Counted from the stretch's first letter, positions 35,001 through 46,011 are shown. The stretch is DNA of 64,000 nt from Nemertoderma westbladi (GCA_032718475.1 JAUCBJ010009018.1:1096-65095), one strand, 5' to 3'. The notes: generated from the sequence alone by a model not told the origin. A program made the numbers and translations.

Positions 35001-36296
35001 TTCAAGGACCGCGCTCTGACCAAACTCAGCCTGAGAGACTCAGCGGCGGAGAAACTAAACAGCGCGGGATTTGCCCTTTTTCAGGACGTTTGTATACAGA
35101 ACTTGCACTCATCTGTTATACAAAGACCCCGAATACCCACGGGTTATTCTGTCGTCGAAGTTCAGACAGTGGGTCCGCTTGCGGAGACAGCCGCACCTAC
35201 CTCAGCTATGCAATTGGAAGACGAACCAATATGCTTAGAAGCTGAAGCGATTCAACCTACAGCGCCCCGGAGCAGCGATAACGACTACGTCTTAGAGTGG
35301 TATCAAGGTCCACAATGTCTCACCGCATACGATTATCAACACGCTAACTATGTTTCTCGAAAACGTTGCCGATTATGCGCATCGAGAGACCATTTCACTC
35401 CTATGGACTCAGACGTACCCTGTTCCTACTTCCACGAACAACCAATGATGGAGATATATTGTGCGTATTGCAGAATTAATAACTCTCATATTTTTGCAGT
35501 CTGCCCCCAATTTATGACTCAATGCCATCACTGTCAACTTAAAGGACATGCCAGTTATAATTGCCCCTTTAATCACGATTTAGAGAGCGTAGATGAAATG
35601 ATTACCCTTCGCTACATCCGAGCTTGGGAAGCTAACGCGGATTTACACTGTGAGTCCCGTCATCGATACTACCCTGGACGCTCTTACGAGGGAGTTTACG
35701 CGTTCCATCCTTATTTATTAGCGTCTGTGGAACAAAAAACACGCATACCGAGTTACGAGCTAATGAAGCGTGTTGGTGAGTGTATTTCCACTAAATTTGT
35801 TAGAAGATACCTTAGGAACGTCAATCCTAACGATATTACTTCATACCATTTGATCAATTATATCCGTCAAGACCCGGAGTATGGCGATTTATTTATCAAC
35901 TCGCACCCTGAGTTACAGGAAGTATCTCGACGGCCCTACGAATATCGAGCCCGAGAACGCGAGCTGGAAAGAACTATCAAACCAAGGAAGTTTCTTACCA
36001 CCCACGGTCCGCCTACCGCCATTGCCCAGACAACCCGTCAAGGACCCGTAGGAGCTGCTGTCCTGAGGCGCGCCCTAAAGGCTGTTAGACCTCGCTCCAC
36101 GGAAGTTGATATCGATCAACCAGGTACCTCGACCGGCGGATACACCGATCGCAATCCGAAACCTTCTGATGCAATTGTATTGCACCCTTCACCCAGGAGT
36201 TACAGCCCTCCTAGTAAAGTGGCTCGCCCCAAAGAGAAAAGGACTCTTACTAGCCTCAAAAAACTGCGTAAACGCCGTCCGCGTAAGAAAGACTAA
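32043..36296 (+). CDS. Extra ORF2 of element B (1417 aa): DEDD(y)/WRN-exo-like 3'-5' exonuclease domain, Cys/His zinc knuckles, basic C-terminal NLS-like tail
   Basis: VVTYDNEG (ExoI), ILKIGSAVYGDL (ExoII), FVDTQ, SIGHLAFQEYG and YTIFENA (ExoIII-like). CRLC..H..C, CAYC..H..CP and CHHC..GH..C knuckles; LKKLRKRRPRKKD tail. Lies inside the LTRs. Confidence 0.85.
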   Translation: MTELIEDDLGIRERYTLPLQAFVDSLIRGDAGPTTTEDDGRYIEPPMSPEQLTRELDYRKFTARYTHRNGTYMDFLTTGHPIDLHDTDDVDTEREMVLFKYHTQRNRNDKPRIEHENSIRNRLEREDVEEPDKRNDFNDYLEFLRETYLNIASQQNLETRYPQGIHHDPMIELKRLYFTMMYLTADRPLPVVPDSFEQMEEYCKTGERSPAFPLQDMRLWYYCDECPRPNQQTERHKHPRRHCAKHSFTRYTYGSFERNLFDVSPAVARLKRSLNKPMIRVPEYSVRPPHSSVRPQTLDPNSITDPPELYSLFKDLVLPEQLIGGTPVVGSRDIRQPYLAGLGRGHLISPFNPYNRPGFTSIQPATEVEESVVRNALDAIRQKIGKGTYDCLEKRKLQQQVQAVKELALPQFDREIQNLEEDIERGRTYSLQEFLDERLQQQAEENQLEERHIELDEREEAALAQPEAQILMTDLYSKTILHPSMVPHFGDKLFATAQPQPVDINLRSRDLIADAPLLQRPPIEPARVDGILVEPPDNRADLVRRMVHDVNIRARPLPDSFYGIKDHPYYVNLKQYYMVKPKDPTHSLKFLPLINPLDLVELEQLQKHLDQLVKVNSFRKPYNVSRIEKETIPPYNLDGFIKTRLVHWNLDVLFEEERIQRYGDVETYTTQCLKYKDLPNASECATLWHPVGMTLENATKEWNETLNVIEMYGVVTYDNEGSVPVGELGTTRMIHIRGLAGSTHVFTRACSDVIDYSFETLTEIQKKLRHGQFELAQRYVTDTERKPAMGIDGSMLPQPVLEMLFNEGILKIGSAVYGDLQNDFRNMENIPYPFVDTQLIAPWAEGRGFFRTTYANTPSGITKVQRTSIGHLAFQEYGWNFKVGNPINYQQVYGDHYSRLYFDGPLTAPGAVYSFMSVPLRPSLAIYTIFENAALAGWLADVCSRTIRAHPLVLGTKLAKLDEHNKFIRFECFKRFLTPFRNVDSQFKDRALTKLSLRDSAAEKLNSAGFALFQDVCIQNLHSSVIQRPRIPTGYSVVEVQTVGPLAETAAPTSAMQLEDEPICLEAEAIQPTAPRSSDNDYVLEWYQGPQCLTAYDYQHANYVSRKRCRLCASRDHFTPMDSDVPCSYFHEQPMMEIYCAYCRINNSHIFAVCPQFMTQCHHCQLKGHASYNCPFNHDLESVDEMITLRYIRAWEANADLHCESRHRYYPGRSYEGVYAFHPYLLASVEQKTRIPSYELMKRVGECISTKFVRRYLRNVNPNDITSYHLINYIRQDPEYGDLFINSHPELQEVSRRPYEYRARERELERTIKPRKFLTTHGPPTAIAQTTRQGPVGAAVLRRALKAVRPRSTEVDIDQPGTSTGGYTDRNPKPSDAIVLHPSPRSYSPPSKVARPKEKRTLTSLKKLRKRRPRKKD

Positions 36297-36364
36297 CTGT
36301 TTAGAGTATTTTTATATTTTAGAAACTGTGATTTGTTATATTTTATAGACTTAAATCCCATTTT

Positions 36365-36374
36365 CTGGGAGCGG
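36365..36374 (+). promoter_or_regulatory. Polypurine tract of element B
   Basis: CTGGGAGCGG abuts the TG of the 3' LTR. Confidence 0.75.
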
Positions 36375-37549
36375 TGTAAAAGCTTTTGCGTCATTAACCG
36401 GTTATTTTCCCTTAAAGTACTCTGTAGTTGGTTTGCCAGGCATAAAAAGGCCATGTCCTTGCTTTACTGGTGTTTTAGAGGACATAAAAGTCATTTCTTC
36501 TGTATTTGTACTGTATTTGTACTTTAGAGGACATAATCCGCAATCTCATGACGCGATAAGCTAGATACTCTTGAAAACAGTGTCGCTACCATGACGACGG
36601 CTAACAGCTGATATTGCCACGTCGACGTTTCTTTGTTTCTTTGTTCTCTCGTTGTTCGGTTGACCAATCAGAGCGTTTTTTGTCTCTGTGTTGGAGGTGT
36701 ATACAGAACTCAGTAGTTCAGTGTTTATGTTTTTGCTAAAGCCTAAGAACATCGGCCTTTGGCACCTACGTATATCAGCATTCTTTAGCTTTACATTAGT
36801 AGGCTTAATTATAGAACGTATATCTGTTAACGAAACATACTAACCACAAGTTAACTCATTCACTTAATAATCATTTATACATTAATATTACTGCTTTTAC
36901 TGTCGGTTATTCATTATATTGGTTGATGAAATATTATATCGGAATACTGATCAATAGTCAGACACCCCACCTTCTTGATATACTAAAGGTTAGAGAGACC
37001 GGTTACAGATAAACGATTGCGACCTATGTTGAGTGGTTTGAAGTGAATCTAATGCTATTTCATATGCCCAACATAAATTGTCTGTTGCTCTCTTTATACG
37101 TGACTAAATTTAGTGAAGGTCGGCAGATTAGTGTGCAGTATTGTGCAGCTTTGTGTATGAGTGTAACTGATAACAAAGCATCTCCTAAAGAATGTGCCAT
37201 ATACGTTAATCTATAGCCTTTTCGTTGTGTCTAGTTTAAGTCATAACTCTGTTTACATATTTAGAGCGCCACGTCCTAAAGGAACTGTTAATATTTCCCA
37301 AAGTGAATAATATTGGTCGGAGATTATATATTACGATCAGTCGAATAATACGGTAGGCTTACACTATCAATCATTAAGCTCCGAACTCAGTCTCCCGGGT
37401 ATATCCAACGGGTGAATGATTGCGCATAGACTGGCTTCGGCTAATGTAGTGTATCAAATACTCGTCATAAAGCTAAAGAATATATATCATCTAAAAGACA
37501 TTCTAATTTTGGCAGGTTAAACTGTCAAAGGTCTTCAAAAGCGCAAACA
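36375..37549 (+). repeat. 3' LTR of element B
   Basis: Direct repeat of 18944..20119, followed by TSD GGAGT. Confidence 0.97.
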
Positions 37550-38080
37550 GGAGTTCCATTTATCCATCCTACGCAGGTTCGATGAGGTCTGCAAGGGAAT
37601 TAAGGTGCATCCACTAGAAGACATGAAGATCCTGGGCGCACCAATTGGAGACAACGCCATCGTCTCCTGTCTCGATAAAAAAACTCGCGGACCTCTAGAC
37701 TCTCGTCTCCTGATTCCCATCGCGCCTTCTTCCTCCCTGCGGTGCTCACTCACAATCCCGCAACTAACGTACTTCCTCCGAACGGCTCTGTGTTTCGACT
37801 TCCCAGGGCTGCTGGGGGAGGACGATTCCATCCAGCGGATCACCCTGTAGGAGATCTCCAACATACCCATCTGGACGACTACGCAAGTATTAGGAACTCA
37901 TGGACCAGGGCTACCTCTTCCACCCAGTAGCCTACGAGACCTTGGGCTGTCCCGGCCCTGAAACATCCGAGTTCCTGAAGGAGATCGGGGCAAGACTTTA
38001 CTCTGTTACCCAGGTTACTTCACCGTTCCCTCCTGCAAAGGCTGACAATCGCCATCCTGGACGGCCTCCATTATGGGGAC
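37550..38080 (+). pseudogene. CRE-like (RLE-type) non-LTR retrotransposon remnant split by element B
   Basis: Empty site reads INLTKSELFFLEEESPEFHLSILRRFDEVCKGIKVHPLEDMKILGAPIGD (5' part about 18891..18943). Later YLFHPVAYETLGCPGPETSEFLKEIGARL resembles a restriction-like endonuclease tail. Confidence 0.7.
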
Positions 38081-39401
38081 CGTGGACCCCTCATTCATTA
38101 ACAACGAGGGGTTCTACGAAGTTGTCCATGGTCCCTAAGACCCCAACCCCCCCCCCCCCCCCCCCCCCCCCCCCAACCCGACGGGACAGACTAATGGGAC
38201 AGACATGAGTAACCTTCTTTGTAGATTTTCCCAATGGATTCACTGTGGAGAGCTATCAGCTGATAAGATGATACATTATAAACCAACAGTTTATGTTTGA
38301 TTACTCTCTGGGAGAGAGTGATTGAGTAAACCCAGCCTTACTAAAACTTGGCAAGTAATATCTATCCAATGAAAAGCATTAATGAGGCCCTCACTATATA
38401 TTTTCATGAGCACCAGCTGGTGTTTTCATCATTGCGCCTATGGCGTTTTTTTCGTTTATGACTATTTTTCGAGCACAGAGGCTATGGACTCAGTAGGCGA
38501 CCATGCCAGGGACCTTTGAATCTGGTCAGCTAGTGAGAAATTTCATCGAAATTTTAGAGTAGTTTTGGCTGTAAATCAGTCAGTCAGTTAGACAGTCAGT
38601 CAGCTTAGAGTCGGTTTCTACTAACGGATGTACTGATAGCTACTATTAATTACTTAGTCAAGCTGGAAACCCCATTATTGCTAATTAAAGTTGTTTGGTA
38701 TAAGTTGTGTGGTTTAACAGATCACATGGATAATCAAAGGTCAATCACATTATTGAATTGGATTCGATTGCTTTATTAGAGTTGTTTTCATCCAAACCCA
38801 ATTGCTAATAAACGGATTACATTGAATTTAGTACAAATATTAAGCACGTACTCTAGGAATATAAGTAACTGCAAACAAATATTGTACTTTCTGTTTTGGT
38901 CGGCCTCCACCATACAAGTTTCGAATTATGGTATTTTTTTTGAGGAGCCGTTCTGAAGTACAGTTGATCGTTGGATCAACTAGAAAACTAGAAAGCCAGT
39001 GGCCGAAGGCCACGGCGTTCTAGTTATTATCTAATCGTCATTATATTGAGTAATATTGTATAGTTGTGAATGTGAAGTGGGATGGTTGGGCGGGTTTTAT
39101 GTTCGCCTCCCATTTTTTCCCTTTTCGCAACCTCCCCCTACAGTCGCTATCCTGCCTCAGGTTTCCGTACCAGAATTCCTCCATTATCTTACTTACACCC
39201 ACCCACACCCCCTAGCATACGCATCCCTTGTTGACATTTAAGACACGATATTGACATTAACTGGCGCATCCACCATTGTTAAAAACTCAGGGTCGAAATA
39301 TACCAAGTTAGTGACTGTCCTGTGGTCAATTATAAAAATTAACAATGAAGCAAGCTAAAAGTGCCATCTTTCCACTAATGATCAGATACAAATTACAAGC
39401 G

Positions 39402-40295
39402 ACAGGATACAATACAATACGAAAACTGATTTTCGTATAGCAGTAATCTATTCGTATCGTATCATAAAAATTTACGTCGTATCGTATAATACGAATAAAT
39501 ATTTTTCGTATTTCGTATAGTATTTTCGTAGGCTATCTTATCATTTTGTAAATATTAATGTTTTTAACAGTCATACTAGATATCATACCATTTATTTCTT
39601 TAAATTTTTTTCTCAAAATTGGTGTATAAATTACGTAACAGCTTACAGTTTTATTATGTAATAAAATGTGTAAGACATGAGTAACTGGAGGACAGGAGAT
39701 AATTAACTGTAGAATAATGATAAAAAGATCACTGAAATATATTCTAATTTCAGTTTGAAAAAACTTGTGAGGAGAACTCTAATCGTGCTTACAAGGCATT
39801 GATGTTATGATAAAGGCATTAGTGAAATAAATAAAACATGGTTTTCTTCTATTATTACTGTAGTTTAACTTTTATTCCATACCCATCAAATTCAAAATTA
39901 TTCCATTTATAACTGTAGTACAGTATACATAAAGTGGCATAGTAACATAGTAACACCTACTATTGCATTGGGCCGTGTTGCATAACGCCCTTGTGGATAT
40001 TGTAGCCAGTAGACATACTATAGCTGCAGCAAGCATACTGGAACAATGAAATAAAAAAATTACCTATTATAAAGAGATTTACATGATTTTCTAAGTGTAA
40101 TACAAATATGCCACACATGTTTTTTTATCAACTCTTAGGTAAAATACGATACGAAAAAAATACGAAACTATTTACGTATCGTATCTTGGATTATTCGTAT
40201 CGTATCGTATTTTCTCAAAATTACATTCGAATCGTATCGTATCACGAAAAATCGGTTCGTATCGTATCATATTTTCGTATCGTATCGAATCCTGT
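39402..40295. mobile_element. MITE-like element with (cgtat)n subterminal repeats
   Basis: acaggatacaatacaatacgaaaa ... ttttcgtatcgtatcgaatcctgt terminal inverted repeats. Confidence 0.7.
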
Positions 40296-40457
40296 CCCTG
40301 CATATTACTGTACCGGTATGTATGAACATAGTTCATAAAAAATACAACAATTTACGAATTTGCAATATTTACAAATTAGTTACCAAAATAAAATGTATGA
40401 GCAGAGTTGATGTGGGTGTGTAATTTGCCTTGATGACTGAAATTTTCATTACAATAA

Positions 40458-41954
40458 TTACAATGTATTATATTTGACATCTTTATGGATAGAGTCGACG
40501 TGTTTTTTTAGATTGCCTTTAGTAGTAAATGATTTTCCACAATCAAAGCAGCTGTACTTGATATCTTTATGGACGTAGTTGATATGGGTCGTTAGGTAGC
40601 CTCGCTGACTGAATTCTTTATTACAATAACCGCACTTATGCTTAACATCTTTATGAATAGAGCCGATATGAATGTTTAGGTATTTTTTACTACTGAATTC
40701 TTTATTACAATAACCGCAATTATGTTTGACATATTTATGGATAGAGTTAACATGGGTGTTTAGGCTGCCTCGCTGACTGAATTCTTTATGACAATAACCG
40801 CACTTATGTTTGATACCAATATGAATAGAGTCGACATGTTTTTTAAGTTCGTCTTTTCTAGCAAATGATTTTCCACAATCAAAACAGCTGTATTTGATGT
40901 CTTTATGAACGAAGTCTAAATGAGTCTGTAAGCTGCCTTTCTTACTGAATTCTTTATGACAATAACCGCACTTATGTTTGACATCTTTATGGATAGACTC
41001 GACATGTCGTTTTAGAATGCGTTTAGTACTAAATGATTTTCCACAATCAAAGCAGCTGTACTTGATATCTTTATGGGCGCAGTTGATATGGGTGTTTAGG
41101 CTGCCTTGCTGACTGAACTCTTTATGACAATAACCGCACTTATGTTTTACATCTTTATGGATAGAGTCGACATGTAGTTTTAGAACGCCTTTTGTACAAA
41201 ATGATTTCCCGCAATGAAAGCAGCTATACTTGATAAGTTTATGGGTAGCGTCAACATGCTTTGTTATACTACCCTTGTATTTAAACAGTTTATCACAATA
41301 ATCGCATTTATACTTATTCTTTACGTCTTTATGAACGGATTCTATATGTCTCTCTAAACTTCCTTTGTCATCAAATAATGCATTGCAATAGAAGCAGTAA
41401 CTGGTACCAGGAGAAAATACCAACTCCCCAACAGTTTCATTAGAACTACCTGATTCTGTTGTTGCACAACCGATTGAGGGTTCAGAAGCGCTAAAAAGAT
41501 CAATATTGTCACGAGAGGTACCAGCAACATTAAATTGTTCTTTAATAGTTCGAGTTTCTACTAATGGCTCAATAACTAAACAACCTTCAGATTTTGCAAT
41601 GATAAACTGCAACCCAGAAGCAGAATGCTGACCATGAATGTCTGTATCTTCAGTTCCAATAGGCCCACCATACGAACAATCGGGGCTGTCGTTTTCCCGT
41701 TTTTCGACAACAAAATAATCTCCGGATGGTTCATAAGAAATATCTTTGTCATCTTGTACAGGGAGAACAACTTCATCGAACAAATTGTCGTGATCTTCGA
41801 TGGGAGATGATCCGTGAACGCAGTTCTCTTGTTTAACTTTAAGATAATAAGGGGCACAGTCTGTTGGTTCTTCCTTTATAATTATACCGCTAACAGATGA
41901 TTTATCTTTCAATACATTATGCTGTTGCTCCATTATCAAATATTTAATAAACAT
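40458..41954 (-). CDS. C2H2 zinc-finger protein, 11 fingers, single-exon ORF (498 aa)
   Basis: Repeated CxxC-x12-H-x4-H units with HKDVKHKC/HKDIKYSC linkers and an acidic IIIKEEP N-terminus. Confidence 0.9.
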   Translation of the reverse strand: MFIKYLIMEQQHNVLKDKSSVSGIIIKEEPTDCAPYYLKVKQENCVHGSSPIEDHDNLFDEVVLPVQDDKDISYEPSGDYFVVEKRENDSPDCSYGGPIGTEDTDIHGQHSASGLQFIIAKSEGCLVIEPLVETRTIKEQFNVAGTSRDNIDLFSASEPSIGCATTESGSSNETVGELVFSPGTSYCFYCNALFDDKGSLERHIESVHKDVKNKYKCDYCDKLFKYKGSITKHVDATHKLIKYSCFHCGKSFCTKGVLKLHVDSIHKDVKHKCGYCHKEFSQQGSLNTHINCAHKDIKYSCFDCGKSFSTKRILKRHVESIHKDVKHKCGYCHKEFSKKGSLQTHLDFVHKDIKYSCFDCGKSFARKDELKKHVDSIHIGIKHKCGYCHKEFSQRGSLNTHVNSIHKYVKHNCGYCNKEFSSKKYLNIHIGSIHKDVKHKCGYCNKEFSQRGYLTTHINYVHKDIKYSCFDCGKSFTTKGNLKKHVDSIHKDVKYNTL

Positions 41955-42703
41955 TTATGAATAAATAACAATACGTATATTTATCACTCGGCCTACGCCA
42001 ACAATTGATTATAAACTGCCTGTCGTAGGTAGGATTTATAGAGTGGGAGTACGACAGTATATATCGAGATCCACTTACTGTAACAAAAATAATTTCAAAA
42101 TTGAACTCTGTCCAGCTTACATCTGTACATCGATGCAAATAAGAGCGGATTACAAGCAAAAATTAATCTTTAAACTTATGAATCAACTCAGACCTTCATG
42201 GGGTTCAAACTTCGGTTTGTACTAAAGCTTTTGATTTGGGGATAACCGTATCTTCGTAGTGCGGTAGTACCGATAGTGCAGTAGTACCGGTAATGCAGTA
42301 GTACCGGTAGTGCTTTGGCACAGCTACTTATTTGTATACATTCTTTGCATCCTCAGTAGTGGATAGACGGCCGCGGCGCTCCCAAAAATCAAAACCCAGC
42401 GTCGATTGCCGATTTGTTGTTTACAATTACGGATGACGGAAGTGCCATAAGAATTGCATTACCAGTCTGCCAGTAGACCATAAACTGGGGTATAACTTTT
42501 CACCGTATCCGTATGTACATACGCGTATGTGCGTATGTAATGGATTCCTATGGAGAATAATCCGTATGTGATTTTAGAGATTAGGCATTGCGGACCAGTA
42601 AGAAGTGCACTGCACACATGCAGACTTCAGACAGGTAGGCCTACTTAAAGCTAAGTGATTTAAAGAGTGTTGCTGCCTCTACCTTTTGCAGATAGGGGGG
42701 GAA

Positions 42704-42917
42704 ACTGGACGCAATAAAAATTCATCCCAATCCAGGGGAAATTCGACGCAAATAACAGCTGATTACACTCAAAAATAAAACTGTAACCTGTTCTATTGTG
42801 CTTAGTTTATTGTTTTGGTTAAAATAACGTGCCACTGTAACCTGCTCCTTTCCCTAAATTGAGAATTTAACATTGAGGCGGGATATTAATTCGCCAAGGC
42901 GGGTTTTGCGTCCAGTT
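42704..42917. mobile_element. MITE family 1, copy 2
   Basis: Same TIRs actggacgcaa/ttgcgtccagt and same body as 2984..3177. Confidence 0.75.
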
Positions 42918-44472
42918 TCTCCCACTGTCTCACCTTTTGTCAAATAAACGATGCAGGAAGGAAAGGTCCAGACTGCCAGGATGAGTGACAGCCGGTGTCC
43001 GCCAACCCCGGGATGCGACAGCAATGCAGTACCTATTAAACAGTTAACTCTTCTTGACGCCCCTTGGAAAACTAACCAACCGTGATTTATTTTTGAACTG
43101 TTTTTTCCACCAACCTGGTTATAGAAACTAGTTGTAGACCCAATGGCGGCATCAATGTGGATAGTTGGTCTTAGAAAGTTCTCAATCTCAAGCTGAAGCA
43201 GTTGAATAGGAAGAGTAGGAATAAGATTCCAGATTCAGCTTCTTTAATTGTTAAATTACTAGTAGTAGTAGAGTTAGTTATTAGGCGTGTGTTATTATTA
43301 CGAGTTGATTGCAACAAATTACAGTATATCTTGTATCCCTTATACCCAATCCGTATACCATTATTATTATGCGGTCAGTATCATTCAGCTGCACTGTCAT
43401 TCAATCAGCTGAATTAATGCGCCAAGCTGCCAAGTAGTTATAATTGTACTGAACAGCCTAGTAAAATCAGGATACCGGTACTACAGAATTTTGGACTTGG
43501 TATGGTGGGCAGAGCTGCTATTTATGTGGCAGTAGAAATGTAAGAAGATTGATTAAGTAAAGAATAAAGCGATATATTGAAACAAACGTCAAGCCAAATA
43601 AACAATTTTTTCTGCATAATTGAGTATGAATCCTAAACAATACTAAGTACTACTACAGTAATATGTACCGGTACAATCTATGCAAATCTTGTATGCTTTA
43701 TCCTCCAATAATAAAACGTATGCTCGTGGTAAGGATTAAACTGCTACATTATATAATAAAACTAAATCCATACCGTTCGTGTAAAAACGTAATCTTTACA
43801 TATACATATATGCATAAAGTAAAGTAAAGTATAAATAAATAATGTAAAGTATAATACACATTCGCGTAAAGATTTAAACTGCCGCAATATAAAGTCAACT
43901 CCATTCCTCGCTTATAATAAGTTAAATAACCTTGATACAAAGTACTCTCTATCTGGAATATTTGTATATTTCTCGTGCAAAGATTTTGTTCTACAGTAAA
44001 TAATATAAAGTCGAATTTGTAAAACCTTAGCAAAATCAATCCCATCAAAGCATATAGTAGGGTGCTTGAGCAAGACAACCTCACGTTAAAAAATTAATAT
44101 GAACCCACATTAAAAAAAAACAAACAAACTTTCCTACCGCAATTAGCGATTATTAGATAAAACATACATTATAGGGGGGAGGGGGGGGGGGGGGGGGAGA
44201 CTTCAGACACAATTGTAATCTTAAGCAATAATACTATCTTTTATATTGTGCAAGCACCCAATTATATTAGATAGAGGGAAAGACATTGTCATATAAACAT
44301 AAAAAATTTTCAATTAAAAAGATATCGTTTATTTCAGGTAGGCCTTATAATCTTTCATTAAATAATTCTCTCATTTTAATACAACAAACAGGACAAACAC
44401 CAGATCTAATATAAAAAATAAAAATATAAAGTTTAAACATAAATACTAATATAGTTTTCTGAGTCCAGGTAG

Positions 44473-44990
44473 CTATGGCTGTGGCTGAGGCTGCGGTGGT
44501 TGGTTGCGCCCAGGTGCGGCCACGAACTGAGGTTCGCGTAGTATGTGTTGTGGTGCTTCAACGGGCCTCAGTTCTATCCCGGGATTAACGATATTTACCG
44601 GCACCAGGGGATTAATTTTTGTGATGTGGAGTTTTGGGGGGACGTTAACTCGTCTCCTGCCGGATGGCCCGGTTTCAGCCAACCAACAACGTACCACCCC
44701 CCTCAATCTGGGCCGTTCTGGCACGCCACCTGCGCAGCCACCCAAGGCCTTAACGGTACCCGTTTGAACGGACGTGACGCTTCCCTGCAGACTCGACTCC
44801 CGCACGAACAGAGTGGTGAAAGCCCGCGAAGGGAAGGACTTCACCTCGAACTCCTGAAGTTCGTCGCAACTGATGCAGAAGTCGATCACCCAGGAGGGCG
44901 TCGATGTCGCGGTCCAGCAGCAGCAGGTCTTCCCCTGCTGGGCCTGGGAGTCGCAGAACGGACCGTAACACACATCGTCCCCATATCCAA
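44473..44990 (-). pseudogene. GC-rich coding-like remnant of unknown protein, Cys-rich, probably frameshifted
   Basis: GC-rich island in AT-rich flanks; CYGPFCD...CCC, and WYVVGWLKP in an alternative frame. Family not recognised. Confidence 0.4.
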
Positions 44991-46011
44991 CTCTTACGCG
45001 CAGAGTGCGCGTTGTTATAGACAGAAATAGTTGAATTTCGCTAAATTGAAAATCAGTGAAAAAAGCGGTGAGTTCCGCTTACTTTTTTTAACGAATAATA
45101 GTCCTTTATTATTATAAATTTTAAATAATAACAATTTTTTCCTAAAATCACACCTCCCAAAAGACATAAATTCTATATATTTAGGAACGAATATATTGGT
45201 GTATCATTAAATTAGACACGAAATTAATAAAATTAATTAAAATTAAATGTTAAATTGTACTACAGTAATAATTTACTATTATTTTAAATAGCTTTTGCTT
45301 TTTGCTAACGTTTTCCTTTAAGCATTACATTACACTTTAAACATTTTTTTAAACACTTAAAAAATTTTTTTTTTTTTTTTTATATATAAATAATCATAAT
45401 AATTTATTATTTAATATAATATATAAAACAGACATTGTCCCACCACCAGCTGACGTAGCCTATGTAACAAGAATAACAATGCAGAACGCGCACCCCGCAG
45501 ACACATTAAACCCGCGCGGAGGAGTGCGAAACTCAATTCATGGCGGATCCAACGAATACACTCGGAGAATACACTTTAAAAATACTATGGGACACAGTGG
45601 TCTAAATGGTGCTATATGTGAGATATACTCAAAATATTTATTGAACAGCCAGAAATTAATAAATAAATGAGGTTGTTTTATCAGTGAGATAATGTTCGGT
45701 AAATTTCTCCCAACTTGCGGGCCCCTTCCAACTTACGGGCCCACGGCAGCTACCCCTGTTGCCCCCCCCCCCCCCCCCCCCTTAATCCTTCCCTGGCTCT
45801 GCAATATGCAGCCGCACTCTTAAAATCATATAGCTTTTAAGTAGGCCTACCTGTCTTCAGTCTGCATGTGTGCTGTGCACTTCTTACTGGTCCGCAATGT
45901 CAATGTCTAATATTTACAATCACATACGGATTATTCTCCATAGGAATCCATTACGTGTCTGTTTGTGGTTTATGTAATATTTCTTCTGGCAGTCTGGGCC
46001 CCTATTTAAAA

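Larger units (their letters stand above)
18944..37549 (+). mobile_element. BEL/Pao LTR retrotransposon, element B (18.6 kb, with extra ORF)
   Basis: LTRs of 1176 and 1175 bp with TG...CA ends; TSD GGAGT (18939..18943 and 37550..37554). Domain order Gag-PR-RT-RH-IN with BEL/Pao signature motifs. Confidence 0.98.
42464..45994. mobile_element. 3.5-kb segment bounded by ~140-200 bp inverted repeats (putative DNA transposon)
   Basis: gtaatggattcctatggagaataatccgtatgtgatt...gcggaccagtaagaagtgca...caggtaggcctacttaaa (42537..42650) is reversed at 45832..45953. Confidence 0.7.

Noticed and set aside
32043-36296. env gene of an endogenous retrovirus-like element
   Set aside because: No evident signal peptide or C-terminal transmembrane helix; it shows exonuclease motifs, zinc knuckles and a basic tail instead.
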